The translations under genes were made by a program, and so were the position numbers. A DNA stretch of 64,000 nucleotides, taken from positions 1 to 64,000 of the forward strand of contig CAVWIP010000011.1 in assembly GCA_963755125.1 (NCBI GenBank), in the 5' to 3' direction. Position 1 is the stretch's first letter; each line of letters starts with the position of its first letter. Below the pieces are notes generated by a model. That model had not been told where the DNA came from and searched no databases. It was given only the letters and a program-made list of their open reading frames with translations. The stretch comes from an uncultured delta proteobacterium (GTDB taxonomy: Bacteria; Myxococcota_A; Polyangia; Fen-1088). Shown piece after piece: positions 48,299 through 58,090 of this stretch.

Positions 48299-50836
48299 AT
48301 GCGACTTACTCTCGTTGGCGCTGATGTCGAAGAGAACCTGGGCATGGGCATGATCGCGGCAGCCGTGACCGGCGCCGGTCACCGGGTGGAAGTCCTGGGC
48401 TTCAATGACGGCGCCCAGATTCCGGATCTGGTCCAGCGGATCGCTTCGAGCGACCCGGACGTGGTCGGCCTGGCGGCCCAGTTCCAGCACCGCGGCCTGG
48501 ACTTCCTGACTCTGGCAACGGCCCTGCGCAAGAATGGATTCCGCGGGCACATCACCGCCGGGGGCCATTTCGCCTCCATGGGCTATGCCAGCATTCTGGC
48601 CGGCCGCTACGGCGTGGACAGCGTGGTGCTCTACGATGGCGAGGAGACCACTGTTGATCTGCTTGCGGCGCTCGCTGCCGAGCGAAGCCTGGCCGAGGTG
48701 GCCGGCATCGCCTTCCGCAACGCACGTGGTGCCGTGGTGCGGACTGCACCGCGCTGCCTGCCGCAGAATCTCGATGCCTTGCCCATCGCCCAACGCTATC
48801 GGCCGCACACGCGACATATGCGCATCCCCTTTGTTCCGGTCAGCGGCAGCCGCGGCTGCTGGGCTTCTTGCAGTTTCTGCTCGATCACCACCGTCCTGCG
48901 CGACGCCCGCGCCCATGGCGCGCACGGCAGGTTGCTGCGTTTACGTTCACCGGAGGATGTCGCGGCCGAGATGGCGATACTGGGCCGAGCCGTGGGCGGC
49001 AGCGCCATCTTTTGCTTCCACGATGAGAATTTCCTGCTGCCCCGGCCCGCGGACAGCCTGGCGCGCATCGAGGCTATCAAGCGGTATCTCGACGACGCCG
49101 GCGTTGAGCGCGCGGCCTTCGTGGGCAAGTGCCGGCCCGATACCGTCACGCCCGATCTCGCGCGCCGCCTGGCTGAACTGGGCGTGATTCGCCTGTACGT
49201 CGGCGTGGAAAACGCCTCGCAGCGCGGGGCCGACCACCTCAATCGCCGGGTTGCGGTCGCCTCCATGGGGCAAGCCCTCGACGCTTGTAGCGACGCCGGC
49301 ATCGTCCCCTGCTACAACCTGCTGCTCTTCGAGCCTGAGACCAGACTCGACGATGTGGCCGAGAACATCGATTTCATTCGCCGCCACGCGGAGATCCCGG
49401 TGAACTTCTGCCGGGCCGAGCCCTACCTGGGAACGCCGCTCCATCGCAAACTGGCGGAGGCCGGCAAGCTGTCAGGCAGCTTCCTCGGTTGGGACTACCG
49501 GTTGGCCGACGATCGCGCCGAGCTTCTCTTCCGCATTTCTTCGGCCGCCTTCCGCGAACGCAATTTCGCCAGCGAAGGCGTGGCCAATCGCTACATGGGA
49601 CTCAACTACTCCTGCGGCGTCCTCGACTGGTTCTACCGGGTTGGCGACATTCGCAAGGAACGCTTGCGCGAGCGCGCCCACGAATTGACCAAGGACATCT
49701 CACTCGACACCGCCGAGCTTCTCGAACAGGCGCTGGACCTGGCCGCAAGATTGGATCCGCACGACGATGACCGTGTCGCGCGCGAAACAGCCCGGCTCGG
49801 CCTGCGCGTGGCAGCGTCGGATGGTGTGTGGCACGCGGCCCTCGATGCTCTGATGACCGACCTGCGCGGCTTTGCGGCAACCGGACGCCGGCGCGAGACT
49901 GTCCCGCGGCGGCCGGTCGGGCAGGTTGTGCGTGCGGCGCAAGGGGCGGCGTTTGCTGGCTGGCTCGCCCTGTGGGCTCCTGGCTGTAACAGCAACGGCA
50001 TGGGCCTTCCCACTGATGGTGGCCGGCGCGACGCCACCCCGGACTATTTGATTGCCGACATGCTTCCGCCGCCCGATGCCAGCCGACCTGACCGGTCCCC
50101 GGACTACGCTGTCTACGATCCGCTGCCGCCTGATGCGGGCCGGCCCGACGCCAGTCCAGACTACTTGATTGCCGACATGCTTCCGCCGCCCGATGCCGGC
50201 CGACGCGACGCCACCCCGGACTACATCATGGTGGATCCGCTGGTACCGGACGCGGGCCGGCCAGACACCACTCCGGACTACATGATTGCGGATATGCTTC
50301 CCCCGCCCGATGCCGGTCGCAGCGATGCCACCCCGGACTACTTGATCGCCGACATGCTTCCACCGGATGCCAGCCCGCGCGACACGACCCCCGATCGCTT
50401 GATAATAATAGATCCGCTTCCACCGGACGCGGGCCGGCCAGACACTCCGATGGTCACCGATCCGCCGGTTTCTGCCAGCGGCGTGCTGTCTCCCGCTCGC
50501 GGCGACTTTTCACCTGTGGCCGCGGAGGTTGGGGATCACTGGGCCGACACGACACCCCGCCGGTCGGCGCGCGCACGCGACCTGCCCCTGTGCCTGCCGC
50601 CTGAAATTCGCGTAGAGGGCGAGTGGGTGGACGGTGCCGTGCGGGTGGACCTGACTGGTGCGGACGGGCCGCTCACCATTCGCTGGCAGAGTGACGGCGA
50701 AGCGATCGGCACGGATCGCCAGGTGATCTGGACGCCGGCGTCCGACCAGGATCAGCTCAACGTGGCGGTACGCAACCGAGATGGTGTTGCCGTGGCCGAG
50801 CTGCGCCTCGGCCAGGTTCGCGGCCGGCGCGGATAG
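48299..50836 (+). CDS. B12-dependent radical SAM enzyme fused to a hydrophobic/lipobox-like segment, peptide repeats and a C-terminal beta domain
   Basis: B12-binding N-domain (ENLG..GGHFAS), SRGCWASCSFC (CxxxCxxC), FHDENF, GVEN, PYLGTPL; GGAGG RBS. Confidence 0.9.
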   Translation: MRLTLVGADVEENLGMGMIAAAVTGAGHRVEVLGFNDGAQIPDLVQRIASSDPDVVGLAAQFQHRGLDFLTLATALRKNGFRGHITAGGHFASMGYASILAGRYGVDSVVLYDGEETTVDLLAALAAERSLAEVAGIAFRNARGAVVRTAPRCLPQNLDALPIAQRYRPHTRHMRIPFVPVSGSRGCWASCSFCSITTVLRDARAHGAHGRLLRLRSPEDVAAEMAILGRAVGGSAIFCFHDENFLLPRPADSLARIEAIKRYLDDAGVERAAFVGKCRPDTVTPDLARRLAELGVIRLYVGVENASQRGADHLNRRVAVASMGQALDACSDAGIVPCYNLLLFEPETRLDDVAENIDFIRRHAEIPVNFCRAEPYLGTPLHRKLAEAGKLSGSFLGWDYRLADDRAELLFRISSAAFRERNFASEGVANRYMGLNYSCGVLDWFYRVGDIRKERLRERAHELTKDISLDTAELLEQALDLAARLDPHDDDRVARETARLGLRVAASDGVWHAALDALMTDLRGFAATGRRRETVPRRPVGQVVRAAQGAAFAGWLALWAPGCNSNGMGLPTDGGRRDATPDYLIADMLPPPDASRPDRSPDYAVYDPLPPDAGRPDASPDYLIADMLPPPDAGRRDATPDYIMVDPLVPDAGRPDTTPDYMIADMLPPPDAGRSDATPDYLIADMLPPDASPRDTTPDRLIIIDPLPPDAGRPDTPMVTDPPVSASGVLSPARGDFSPVAAEVGDHWADTTPRRSARARDLPLCLPPEIRVEGEWVDGAVRVDLTGADGPLTIRWQSDGEAIGTDRQVIWTPASDQDQLNVAVRNRDGVAVAELRLGQVRGRRG
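50030..50467 (+). repeat. Seven 19-20 aa repeats plus a partial, D(A/T/R)(T/S)PDY-hydrophobic3-D(M/P)LPP(P)DA(G/S)R, within the radical SAM gene
   Basis: Directly visible in the translation; IADMLPPP and VxDPLPP types largely alternate. Confidence 0.92.
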
Positions 50837-50853
50837 CGCCGAGTTGTCTGGCT

Positions 50854-52248
50854 TCAGCCGCAGCCGCAACAGGCAAAGTCATGGAGAGGTACCGCTAGCT
50901 TTTCCAGCGCGGCCTTCTCGACCCACCGCTCGATCTCCTGCTCCGAGCCGGCGCGACGAACTTTCACGCGGACCAGCTTGGTCGGAAAGTCGTAGCCGAC
51001 TAGCTTCGTGATCCTGTCGCCGCGGCCGAGGCGAATCGTATCTTTTCGGTCAGTCGCGGTGAACGAAACAATCTTGGCTCGCACAGCTCCACCCTCGGGG
51101 ACGGTGAAGTCCATCTCGGCGCTGAGCCGCTCGATGCCGGCCTCGCGAAAGGCCAGGGTGGTCTCCATCGATATGCCACAGTGAAATGCTTCCTTGATGA
51201 CCAGCGTGCCCTGGCCAGTCCGGACCAAGCCCGATGTGACCCGATTGCCGTAGTCTGGCTTCCACTCGACGCGCGTGCCTGCACCGAAGAGAATGAGAAC
51301 GCCCGGATCGCCATACATGTCATTGGAGAAGCCGCTGTAGAAAAACGCCAAGGGATGCAACGACTGGCCGGTGAAGACCAGCCACACATGCAATTGTTTC
51401 GCGTCCTCCTCCGCGAAGCCGCCAAGGTCTGCCGTGAGCAGAGTTTTTCCGGCGGAAAAGGCCACTCGCGCAAGTGGCAGCAACTGAGTCTGGAAGGCGG
51501 GCTTGCCACGGCCATCGAGTGGGACGAAGTCCTGGGCCAGGACCGTCGGCGCGGGCAGCGCCGTCAAACTGACCCAGCCGTGTTGTGGCAGCGAAGCGCT
51601 GTCGCTGCACTGGGCTGCATTCCTGCCGGCTGCGTACCAGACCTCCGCCCGGGCGCCACTGAATTCGCCGAGTCGCAGGCCGGTATCAGCCGCGATCGGC
51701 GTGCCCGCCTTGGCCGAAGGCGTATCGAATGCCTCGGTGGGCTGGGTAAGCCCGACACAGCGGGCAGGCTTATGCTGGCCGTCGCGAAGCCACGCCGGCA
51801 AGTCCTTGGCTGCGAGGCGATCGCCGACACGCTCGCCGAGGTGGCGAAGCGGGGTGTGCGCGAACTTCGCTTTCCAGCCTTCCGGTATCTCGTAGTCGGT
51901 GCTGGTCTGCGCCCGAACTTCCCACGTGCTTCCGACGCGTTCCGCGAGCAGCCAGACCACGCCCTGCAGCCACGCCGCGGGTGCCCGTTTCTCGTTGATT
52001 GCATTGAAATCGATCGGCTTGCCATTCTTGTGCCAGGGCACGAGCCGTGCGAGTACCCAGCCCGCTTCCTGCTCCAGACCCTCTACGACGAAGGTCACCG
52101 GCGCGCCGACTTCCTCCTCGACCGTTGGCCGCACCAGATCGAGAAGCGCGGCACGCTCTGGCGTTCCCGGGCGCAAATCGACCGGCGAGGCGTTCGCCAC
52201 GGCCGCGAGCAAGAAGATTGGGATCGGTGTCGCTATGGCATTGCGCAT
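50854..52248 (-). CDS. Hypothetical secreted protein
   Basis: Signal peptide, 464-aa ORF, ends CCGCG. Confidence 0.6.
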   Translation of the reverse strand: MRNAIATPIPIFLLAAVANASPVDLRPGTPERAALLDLVRPTVEEEVGAPVTFVVEGLEQEAGWVLARLVPWHKNGKPIDFNAINEKRAPAAWLQGVVWLLAERVGSTWEVRAQTSTDYEIPEGWKAKFAHTPLRHLGERVGDRLAAKDLPAWLRDGQHKPARCVGLTQPTEAFDTPSAKAGTPIAADTGLRLGEFSGARAEVWYAAGRNAAQCSDSASLPQHGWVSLTALPAPTVLAQDFVPLDGRGKPAFQTQLLPLARVAFSAGKTLLTADLGGFAEEDAKQLHVWLVFTGQSLHPLAFFYSGFSNDMYGDPGVLILFGAGTRVEWKPDYGNRVTSGLVRTGQGTLVIKEAFHCGISMETTLAFREAGIERLSAEMDFTVPEGGAVRAKIVSFTATDRKDTIRLGRGDRITKLVGYDFPTKLVRVKVRRAGSEQEIERWVEKAALEKLAVPLHDFACCGCG

Positions 52249-52743
52249 GTCTTCGCGCCGAGCTTCTCATAACTGCTACGAGATGCCGACCGGACGGCGA
52301 GACAGCAACCCCAAACTCAGGCTGTGCCCGTTGGCGAGAAGAGACCACAGCCACACGCGCTTGCGCCTCCAGCCAAAGCGAAAGCAGGCAGCCTCGGCCG
52401 ACCAGGCAAATAGCTCGGCCGCGACGATGCTTGGTGGTGTAGCTGCTGGCCGTGGCCGTGGTCGACGGTGATCGCTCCGGCCACGCCCACGGCCACGAAA
52501 ACGACCACGTCCACGACCACCACCGAACGGTCCGATTCCGTGCGCGGCGCGATCGTGGAAAGGCCCGTTCTTCTGGGGCGATCCGCGCCTTCGCTCCGCT
52601 TGCCGCGGGATTACGGTTCAGCTTGACCCATGGCCAGAGATCGCGGCATATGTTGGCCTCCCGAAGGTCCGATGCCGCATCCAAGGCCCGAAGGTGGTCG
52701 CTTAGAACGAAGAGAGCACTGCTAACTTATCAAGATCATTGCC

Positions 52744-52828
52744 GGAGAGATGGCCGAGTGGTCGAAGGCGCCTGATTCGAAATCAGGTGTACCGAAAGGT
52801 ACCGTGGGTTCGACTCCCACTCTCTCCT
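52744..52828 (+). tRNA. tRNA-Ser (anticodon CGA)
   Basis: GGAGAGA/TCTCTCC acceptor, CCTGA-TTCGAAA-TCAGG anticodon arm, long variable arm. Confidence 0.95.
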
Positions 52829-52856
52829 CTGAAAAACGAATATTTGCAGCTCCCTC

Positions 52857-52941
52857 GGAGAGATGACCGAGTGGCCGAAGGTGCATGATTGGAAATCATG
52901 TGTACCGCAAGGTACCGAGGGTTCGAATCCCTCTCTCTCCT
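52857..52941 (+). tRNA. tRNA-Ser (anticodon GGA)
   Basis: GGAGAGA/TCTCTCC acceptor, CATGA-TTGGAAA-TCATG anticodon arm, long variable arm. Confidence 0.95.
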
Positions 52942-52946
52942 CCGCA

Positions 52947-54308
52947 GTGAATTCGCCCGCCGCACCTTCGCTTGCCCGCGAGCTCCGCACTCTGGGCGGG
53001 CTGGCAGCGCCGTTTGTTGCCGCGCAAGTGGGCATGATGACCCTGGGCGTGGTCGAGGTCGGCATCACCGGCCGCGCCGGCACGGGCGTGCTGGCTGCCG
53101 TGTCGCTGGGAAACGCCTGGATACACGGCACCGGGCTGGCCGCCATGGGCGTGGTGCTGGGTGCCGACCCCATCATCAGCCAGGGCTACGGTGCGGGCGA
53201 CACGCGAGGCGTGGCGCTGACCTTTCAGCGCGGCCTGGTGCTCTCGCTGCTGCTCGGCGCCCTTCTCGGCGTCGCCTGGCTCTTCACCGCGCCGGTGCTG
53301 CGCCTGACCGGACAGGACCCGAAGCTGGCGGCTGACGGGGCCCGCTTCGCGGCCGTGCAGGCGCCCACCGCGTTCGGGCTGCTGCTCTTCACCGTGAACC
53401 GGCAATACCTGGCCGGCCGCGGGCTGGTGGCGCCGGCTTTCTGGGTCACGCTGGCGGTAAACCTGGTCAACTTGGTTGTGACCTGGTGGTTGGTTTTCGG
53501 CGGCGCCGGCTTGCCCGCGCTCGGTGTGCTGGGCGCTGGCCTGGGCGGCGCGGTCACGCGCTTTTTGATGGCAGGCCTGCTGCTCGCCGCGACCTTCGCC
53601 TTCAGCCTGCACCGAGCGGCGTGGGTTCCCTGGGACCGCGAGATCATGAATCCGGCGCCCATGTTGCACATCCTGCGCCTCGGCCTGCCCATCGGGCTGC
53701 AGTTCGGCCTCGAGGTGTGGGCCTTTCAGTTGACGACGCTCCTGGCAGGCCGCCTGGGCACGGTGCCGCTTGGGGCGCACACCATAGTGCTCAATCTGGC
53801 CTCGTTCAGCTTCATGTTTCCGCTCGGGATCTCCATGGCGGCCAGCGTGCGCGTGGGCAACTTGGTGGGAACGGGCGACCTGCGCGCGGCTCGTCGGGCC
53901 GCTCTGCTCGCCCTTGCATCAGGCGCCAGTGTGATGGGCGTCTTCGCGTTGACCTTCTATTTTCTGCGCTGGCACCTGCCCGCGCTCTACGGCGCCGACC
54001 CGCAGGTGAGGGCGGCGGCCTCCTCCATCCTACCCATTGCCGCGGGATTCCAGATGCTCGATGGAACCCAAGTGGTGGCGAGCGGAATCCTGCGCGGGCT
54101 GGGCCGCACGCGTCCGGCTGCGCTTGCGAATTTCGTGGGCTACTACCTGCTGGCCCTGCCCCTGGGCTGGCTTTGGGGGTTGCGTCATGGCCAATCGCTG
54201 GCTGGCCTGTGGTGGGGTCTGGCCACGGGCCTGGCCGTGGTGGCTATCGGGCTTCTGGCGTGGATCCTGCGACCTGGAACCTTTGCCGTCGCTCGCACAA
54301 CAACGTGA
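52947..54308 (+). CDS. MATE-family efflux transporter (NorM-like)
   Basis: About 12 TMs; LAAVSLG, ISQGYGAG, RLGLPIG, SVRVGN, FQMLDG..GILRG. Confidence 0.92.
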   Translation: MNSPAAPSLARELRTLGGLAAPFVAAQVGMMTLGVVEVGITGRAGTGVLAAVSLGNAWIHGTGLAAMGVVLGADPIISQGYGAGDTRGVALTFQRGLVLSLLLGALLGVAWLFTAPVLRLTGQDPKLAADGARFAAVQAPTAFGLLLFTVNRQYLAGRGLVAPAFWVTLAVNLVNLVVTWWLVFGGAGLPALGVLGAGLGGAVTRFLMAGLLLAATFAFSLHRAAWVPWDREIMNPAPMLHILRLGLPIGLQFGLEVWAFQLTTLLAGRLGTVPLGAHTIVLNLASFSFMFPLGISMAASVRVGNLVGTGDLRAARRAALLALASGASVMGVFALTFYFLRWHLPALYGADPQVRAAASSILPIAAGFQMLDGTQVVASGILRGLGRTRPAALANFVGYYLLALPLGWLWGLRHGQSLAGLWWGLATGLAVVAIGLLAWILRPGTFAVARTTT

Positions 54309-54431
54309 CGGATCGGCTGTAATAGGCTGACGCTTTTTTTCCTCTAATACTGGCCGAAAATTCCCGAAGATGTACAATTTGCACCTTGCGGCGTGTCTCG
54401 GTTTCTTACCGACGGACAGAAAGGAACAAAA

Positions 54432-56114
54432 ATGACTAGGCTAGCTCAACATTCTCTTTCCCTCGTTCTTCTTGCAGCTCCGCTTGTGGTTCTTGGATGC
54501 AGCAGTAGCAGCAGCAGCAAGGATGCACTGCCGGCGGACGGGCACGCGGCTGTGCCCGATGGCTCGAACACCCCCAAGCTCGACGGGGCTGTCGGGATCG
54601 ACTCCGCGAGCACAGGCGGTGCGCCTCCTGCTGGCGGTGCGACCGCTTCCGGCGGCGCGACCGCTTCTGGCGGCGCGACGGCTGGCACGACCGCTTCCGG
54701 CGGCGCGACCGCTCCTGGTGGTGCGCCTCCTGCTGGCGGTCTGACCGCTGGGGCGACCGCTTCCGGCGGCGCGACCGCTCCTGGCGGTGCGACGGCTGGC
54801 GCGACCGGAACCACGGTCGATGCAGCTGTTGACGGCCCGGCCAATCTCGACGGTCCAACCGACGGCGCTGCGGCGACCGACGGTGGTGCCGTCACTGACG
54901 GCTCAGGTGGTTCGACAGATTCCCTGCCGGTTTCGTGTACCCAATTTACCGGCGGAGACGTTCTCGCCAGCTTGACGCTGTTCAAGGCGTGCAGCCCGTA
55001 TACCATTACTGATCCAATCTTCGTCGACGGCAACGCCGTGCTGACCATCCAGCCGGGCGTCACGCTCAACTTCTTGAACAACGTTACAATCAACGTCGGC
55101 GAGAATAGTGCGGCTCAGTTGGTCGCGGTCGGTACCGTACAGGATCCGATCGTATTTACTTCTGCCGCATCCACGCCTGCCGCCGGGGACTGGGGCGGCA
55201 TCGACTTCTGGGACTACACCATGGCCGGCTGCCAGATCGCGTACGCCAAGCTGGACTACTGTGGCTCGAATGACGATGGTTGCATAGTCGGCAGCAATGT
55301 GAAGCCCAACCGCGTGACCCTCGATCACCTGACCATCGACCACGTGGGCACTCGCTCCGATGGCATCTTGGAGAACGATGCGGACTCGAACTTCGTCATC
55401 ACCAACTCAAGCTTCAGCAATATCCCAACCCTCCCGTTCCCAAGCTACGCCATCTCGGTCCAGGCACCCTCGTTTGCGGGCATCGGCGCGGGCAACGTAT
55501 TCAACGGTGGCGCCATGATCGAACTCGTGGGCGGGACGATTGCCGCAACCACGGCTTGGACCAATCCGGGAACGGCCATCGCGGTCACTGACGACGTGAT
55601 TGTCGATGGGACGGGCGGGCCGGTCCTGACCCTTGGCGCCGGCATGACGTTGAAGTTCGACGCCCAACGCACATTCAGCGTCGCTCTTTCCACAAGTGGC
55701 GTACTCGTGCTCGCGGGCACCCCCGCTAACCACGTGACTTTCACCTCGCTGCTGGCCACGCCGACACCAGGCGTCTGGGAGGGTGTCCAGGTTTGGGATG
55801 GTGGCAAGGCACAGTTGAGCTATGCCGACATTTCCTATGGCGGCTACGACGGCGACAGTGGAGGCGACGTCATTCTCGAGAACGGAAACTCCATCTCCCA
55901 GATCGTGGCGGATCACTCTTCCTTCACTTATAGCCTGGGCTGGGGCATTTATGTGCCCTGCACCGACCCGAACGCGACGCCGCTGGCCACCGTGACGGTC
56001 GACGCCACCGACACGTACGCGAACAACGAAAGTGACATGACGAACACAGGCACTCAGGGTGCCAATGTGGGGCCGGGCCTCAACGGCCCCGGTTGTTCAA
56101 CCCACCACCACTAG
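54432..56114 (+). CDS. Lipoprotein with a Gly/Ala/Thr linker and repeated beta-helix-like (IVFTS..GDWGGI) domains
   Basis: Lipobox VLGC; GGATASGG repeats; two LTI.PG..F..GT..I.FTS..G.W.G modules. Confidence 0.75.
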   Translation: MTRLAQHSLSLVLLAAPLVVLGCSSSSSSKDALPADGHAAVPDGSNTPKLDGAVGIDSASTGGAPPAGGATASGGATASGGATAGTTASGGATAPGGAPPAGGLTAGATASGGATAPGGATAGATGTTVDAAVDGPANLDGPTDGAAATDGGAVTDGSGGSTDSLPVSCTQFTGGDVLASLTLFKACSPYTITDPIFVDGNAVLTIQPGVTLNFLNNVTINVGENSAAQLVAVGTVQDPIVFTSAASTPAAGDWGGIDFWDYTMAGCQIAYAKLDYCGSNDDGCIVGSNVKPNRVTLDHLTIDHVGTRSDGILENDADSNFVITNSSFSNIPTLPFPSYAISVQAPSFAGIGAGNVFNGGAMIELVGGTIAATTAWTNPGTAIAVTDDVIVDGTGGPVLTLGAGMTLKFDAQRTFSVALSTSGVLVLAGTPANHVTFTSLLATPTPGVWEGVQVWDGGKAQLSYADISYGGYDGDSGGDVILENGNSISQIVADHSSFTYSLGWGIYVPCTDPNATPLATVTVDATDTYANNESDMTNTGTQGANVGPGLNGPGCSTHHH

Positions 56115-56189
56115 AGCTGCTTTCGACTGAAACCAGCAAGGGCGATCCCCGACGGGATCGCCCTCTTCCTTGGCGGGCGCCGTGCTGCC

Positions 56190-57011
56190 TCAGTTGCGTT
56201 TGTCGCCCTCCATCTCCTGAATTCGCTTCTGTACGTCGGCTCGGTTGGGTGCATTGGGGGCGTTGCGCAGGTAGCTCTTGTAGAAACTGACCGCATCTTT
56301 GTCGTGACCCATCTTGCGGTGGCACTGGGCAATGTTGAAGAGGAACACCGGATCAGGCACCGCCATGTACGCGGCTTCGAACTCGTCCAGAGCTTCCTGA
56401 TAGTGGCCGAGCTCGTAGTGGCGGGTGCCTTGGTTGAAGTGTTCCTTGGAGGTGGCAAGACTCTCCGGGCTGGGTTTCGTATCCACCGACGCCGAGCGCT
56501 GCTCGTTTCGGCCCGTGGTGAGGCGTGCGTCCTTCTTCCCGGCGAATTGCGCCAGCCCGGGTGAGTGAAGCAGGGCCTGCACTACCTTCTCCGCCATGAT
56601 GAGGGGGAACTCCCTGTCGCGGTGGAGCTCATCGGGGGTCACCGCGATGGCAACCGCTGTGTCGTGGCTCTCGGCGGTCAAGGTCACATGCCCGTGCACG
56701 AAGTAAGAGCCCGCGGTCACGTGCAGCTCCAGTCGGACATCCAAGTCTGGCTTTCCATCCCGGCCCTGCACCACAGTGAGGCCGGCGTGGCCCAATTCGG
56801 CCTGCACCGCAGCTTTGACCCGTTCGTTGAGATTGGACTCCTTGTCCTCCTTGGCCACGAAGGCCATGTCCTCCAGCACGCGCACGCGCAGGGCGCGCAC
56901 CGCCGCCGAGATCTCAGGCATGGGAGTCACACCGGGCAGGCCGCCCGAGGAGAGTGAGCCGCTGCACCCCACGGCGAGGACGGCGAGTGCGAGAACAACG
57001 GACCGAATCAC
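56190..57011 (-). CDS. TPR-containing lipoprotein
   Basis: Lipobox AVGC; C-terminal HFNQG..YQEAL.EFEAAY..FLFNIAQC TPRs. Confidence 0.75.
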   Translation of the reverse strand: MIRSVVLALAVLAVGCSGSLSSGGLPGVTPMPEISAAVRALRVRVLEDMAFVAKEDKESNLNERVKAAVQAELGHAGLTVVQGRDGKPDLDVRLELHVTAGSYFVHGHVTLTAESHDTAVAIAVTPDELHRDREFPLIMAEKVVQALLHSPGLAQFAGKKDARLTTGRNEQRSASVDTKPSPESLATSKEHFNQGTRHYELGHYQEALDEFEAAYMAVPDPVFLFNIAQCHRKMGHDKDAVSFYKSYLRNAPNAPNRADVQKRIQEMEGDKRN

Positions 57012-57172
57012 CGCCTCAGTATCCGACGGTCGCGGAGAACCTTCAACCTTGACGAGCGCTGCCAATCTCGCACCAAGCATGAGCGATGCTCCGCGATCTC
57101 CGTTCTCTGTGCGTTCTCAGCAGCGGGTGGCCAGCCAGGTGAATGGACTCGTCCACGGCGGCCGCCGGACTA

Positions 57173-58090
57173 TCATAGAAACGCCAGCCACTCCGGGTGA
57201 GCCTGGCTGGCACCCTTCACGACCGCGGTAAAAGCCGCCTGCAACTTGCGCGTAATGGGACCCGGCTCGCCAGAGCCGATGGAGATCTTGTCGATCTCGC
57301 GCACCGGCGTGACCTCGCAGGCGGTGCCGGTGAAGAAGACCTCGCTGGCCGCGTACAGCATGTCGCGCGTGAAAGCCTGTTCTACGACCTCGATCCCGTT
57401 CTCGCGCGCCAGCGTGACAACCGCATCGCGCGTGATGCCGTCCAGGATGGGCATGGACAGCGGCGGCGTGTACAGGCGGCCCCGGTGGACCATGAAGATG
57501 TTCTCGCCGGTGCCCTCGGCCACCGCGCCGGAGGCGTCCAGCATGACGGCCTCGTCGTAGCCCATGCTCACCACCTCGCGCTTGGCCAGCACGGAATTCA
57601 CGTACTGACCGGAGATCTTGGCCTTGCTCATGGTGTGGTTGAGGTGACCACGCACGAAGGTGGACAGGTGGGCGCGGATGCCCTTGTTCAAGGCCTCGGC
57701 GCCCAGATAGGCCCCCCAGGGGAAGGCGATGACGATCAACTCGACCGGGTTGTCGCGCGAGCCGAGTCCCAGCGCGCCGGCGCCCAGATAGGCCAGCGGC
57801 CTGATGTACGCCTCTTCCAGCTTGTTGGCACGCAGAACATCGAGACATGCGGTTTCGATCTGCTCACGCGAGTAGGGAACCGTCATGTCGCAGATCTTGG
57901 CCGACGTGACCAGCCGATCCACGTGCTCGCGCAGGCGGAAGACCGCGCTGCGGCCATCGTTGCGCTTGTAGCAGCGGATGCCCTCGAAAACCGCCACCCC
58001 GTAGTGCAGTGTAAAAGCGGAAACGTGGGTGGTCGCCTGTGCGAAAGGCAACAACTTCCCATTCATCCAGGCGAACTCGGACTTGATCAT
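57173..58090 (-). CDS. ilvE: Branched-chain amino acid aminotransferase
   Basis: LHYG..VFEGIR, AKISGQYVNS, EGTGENIF, ILDGITR, FTGTA.EVTP. Confidence 0.96.
   Translation of the reverse strand: MIKSEFAWMNGKLLPFAQATTHVSAFTLHYGVAVFEGIRCYKRNDGRSAVFRLREHVDRLVTSAKICDMTVPYSREQIETACLDVLRANKLEEAYIRPLAYLGAGALGLGSRDNPVELIVIAFPWGAYLGAEALNKGIRAHLSTFVRGHLNHTMSKAKISGQYVNSVLAKREVVSMGYDEAVMLDASGAVAEGTGENIFMVHRGRLYTPPLSMPILDGITRDAVVTLARENGIEVVEQAFTRDMLYAASEVFFTGTACEVTPVREIDKISIGSGEPGPITRKLQAAFTAVVKGASQAHPEWLAFL

Noticed and set aside
50030..50467. Repeats as a CRISPR array or DGR template/variable region
   Set aside because: They are in-frame protein repeats with synonymous variation, not adenine-specific differences.
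52863..52946. N-terminal extension of the MATE ORF
   Set aside because: It overlaps tRNA-Ser(GGA); the start was moved to 52947.
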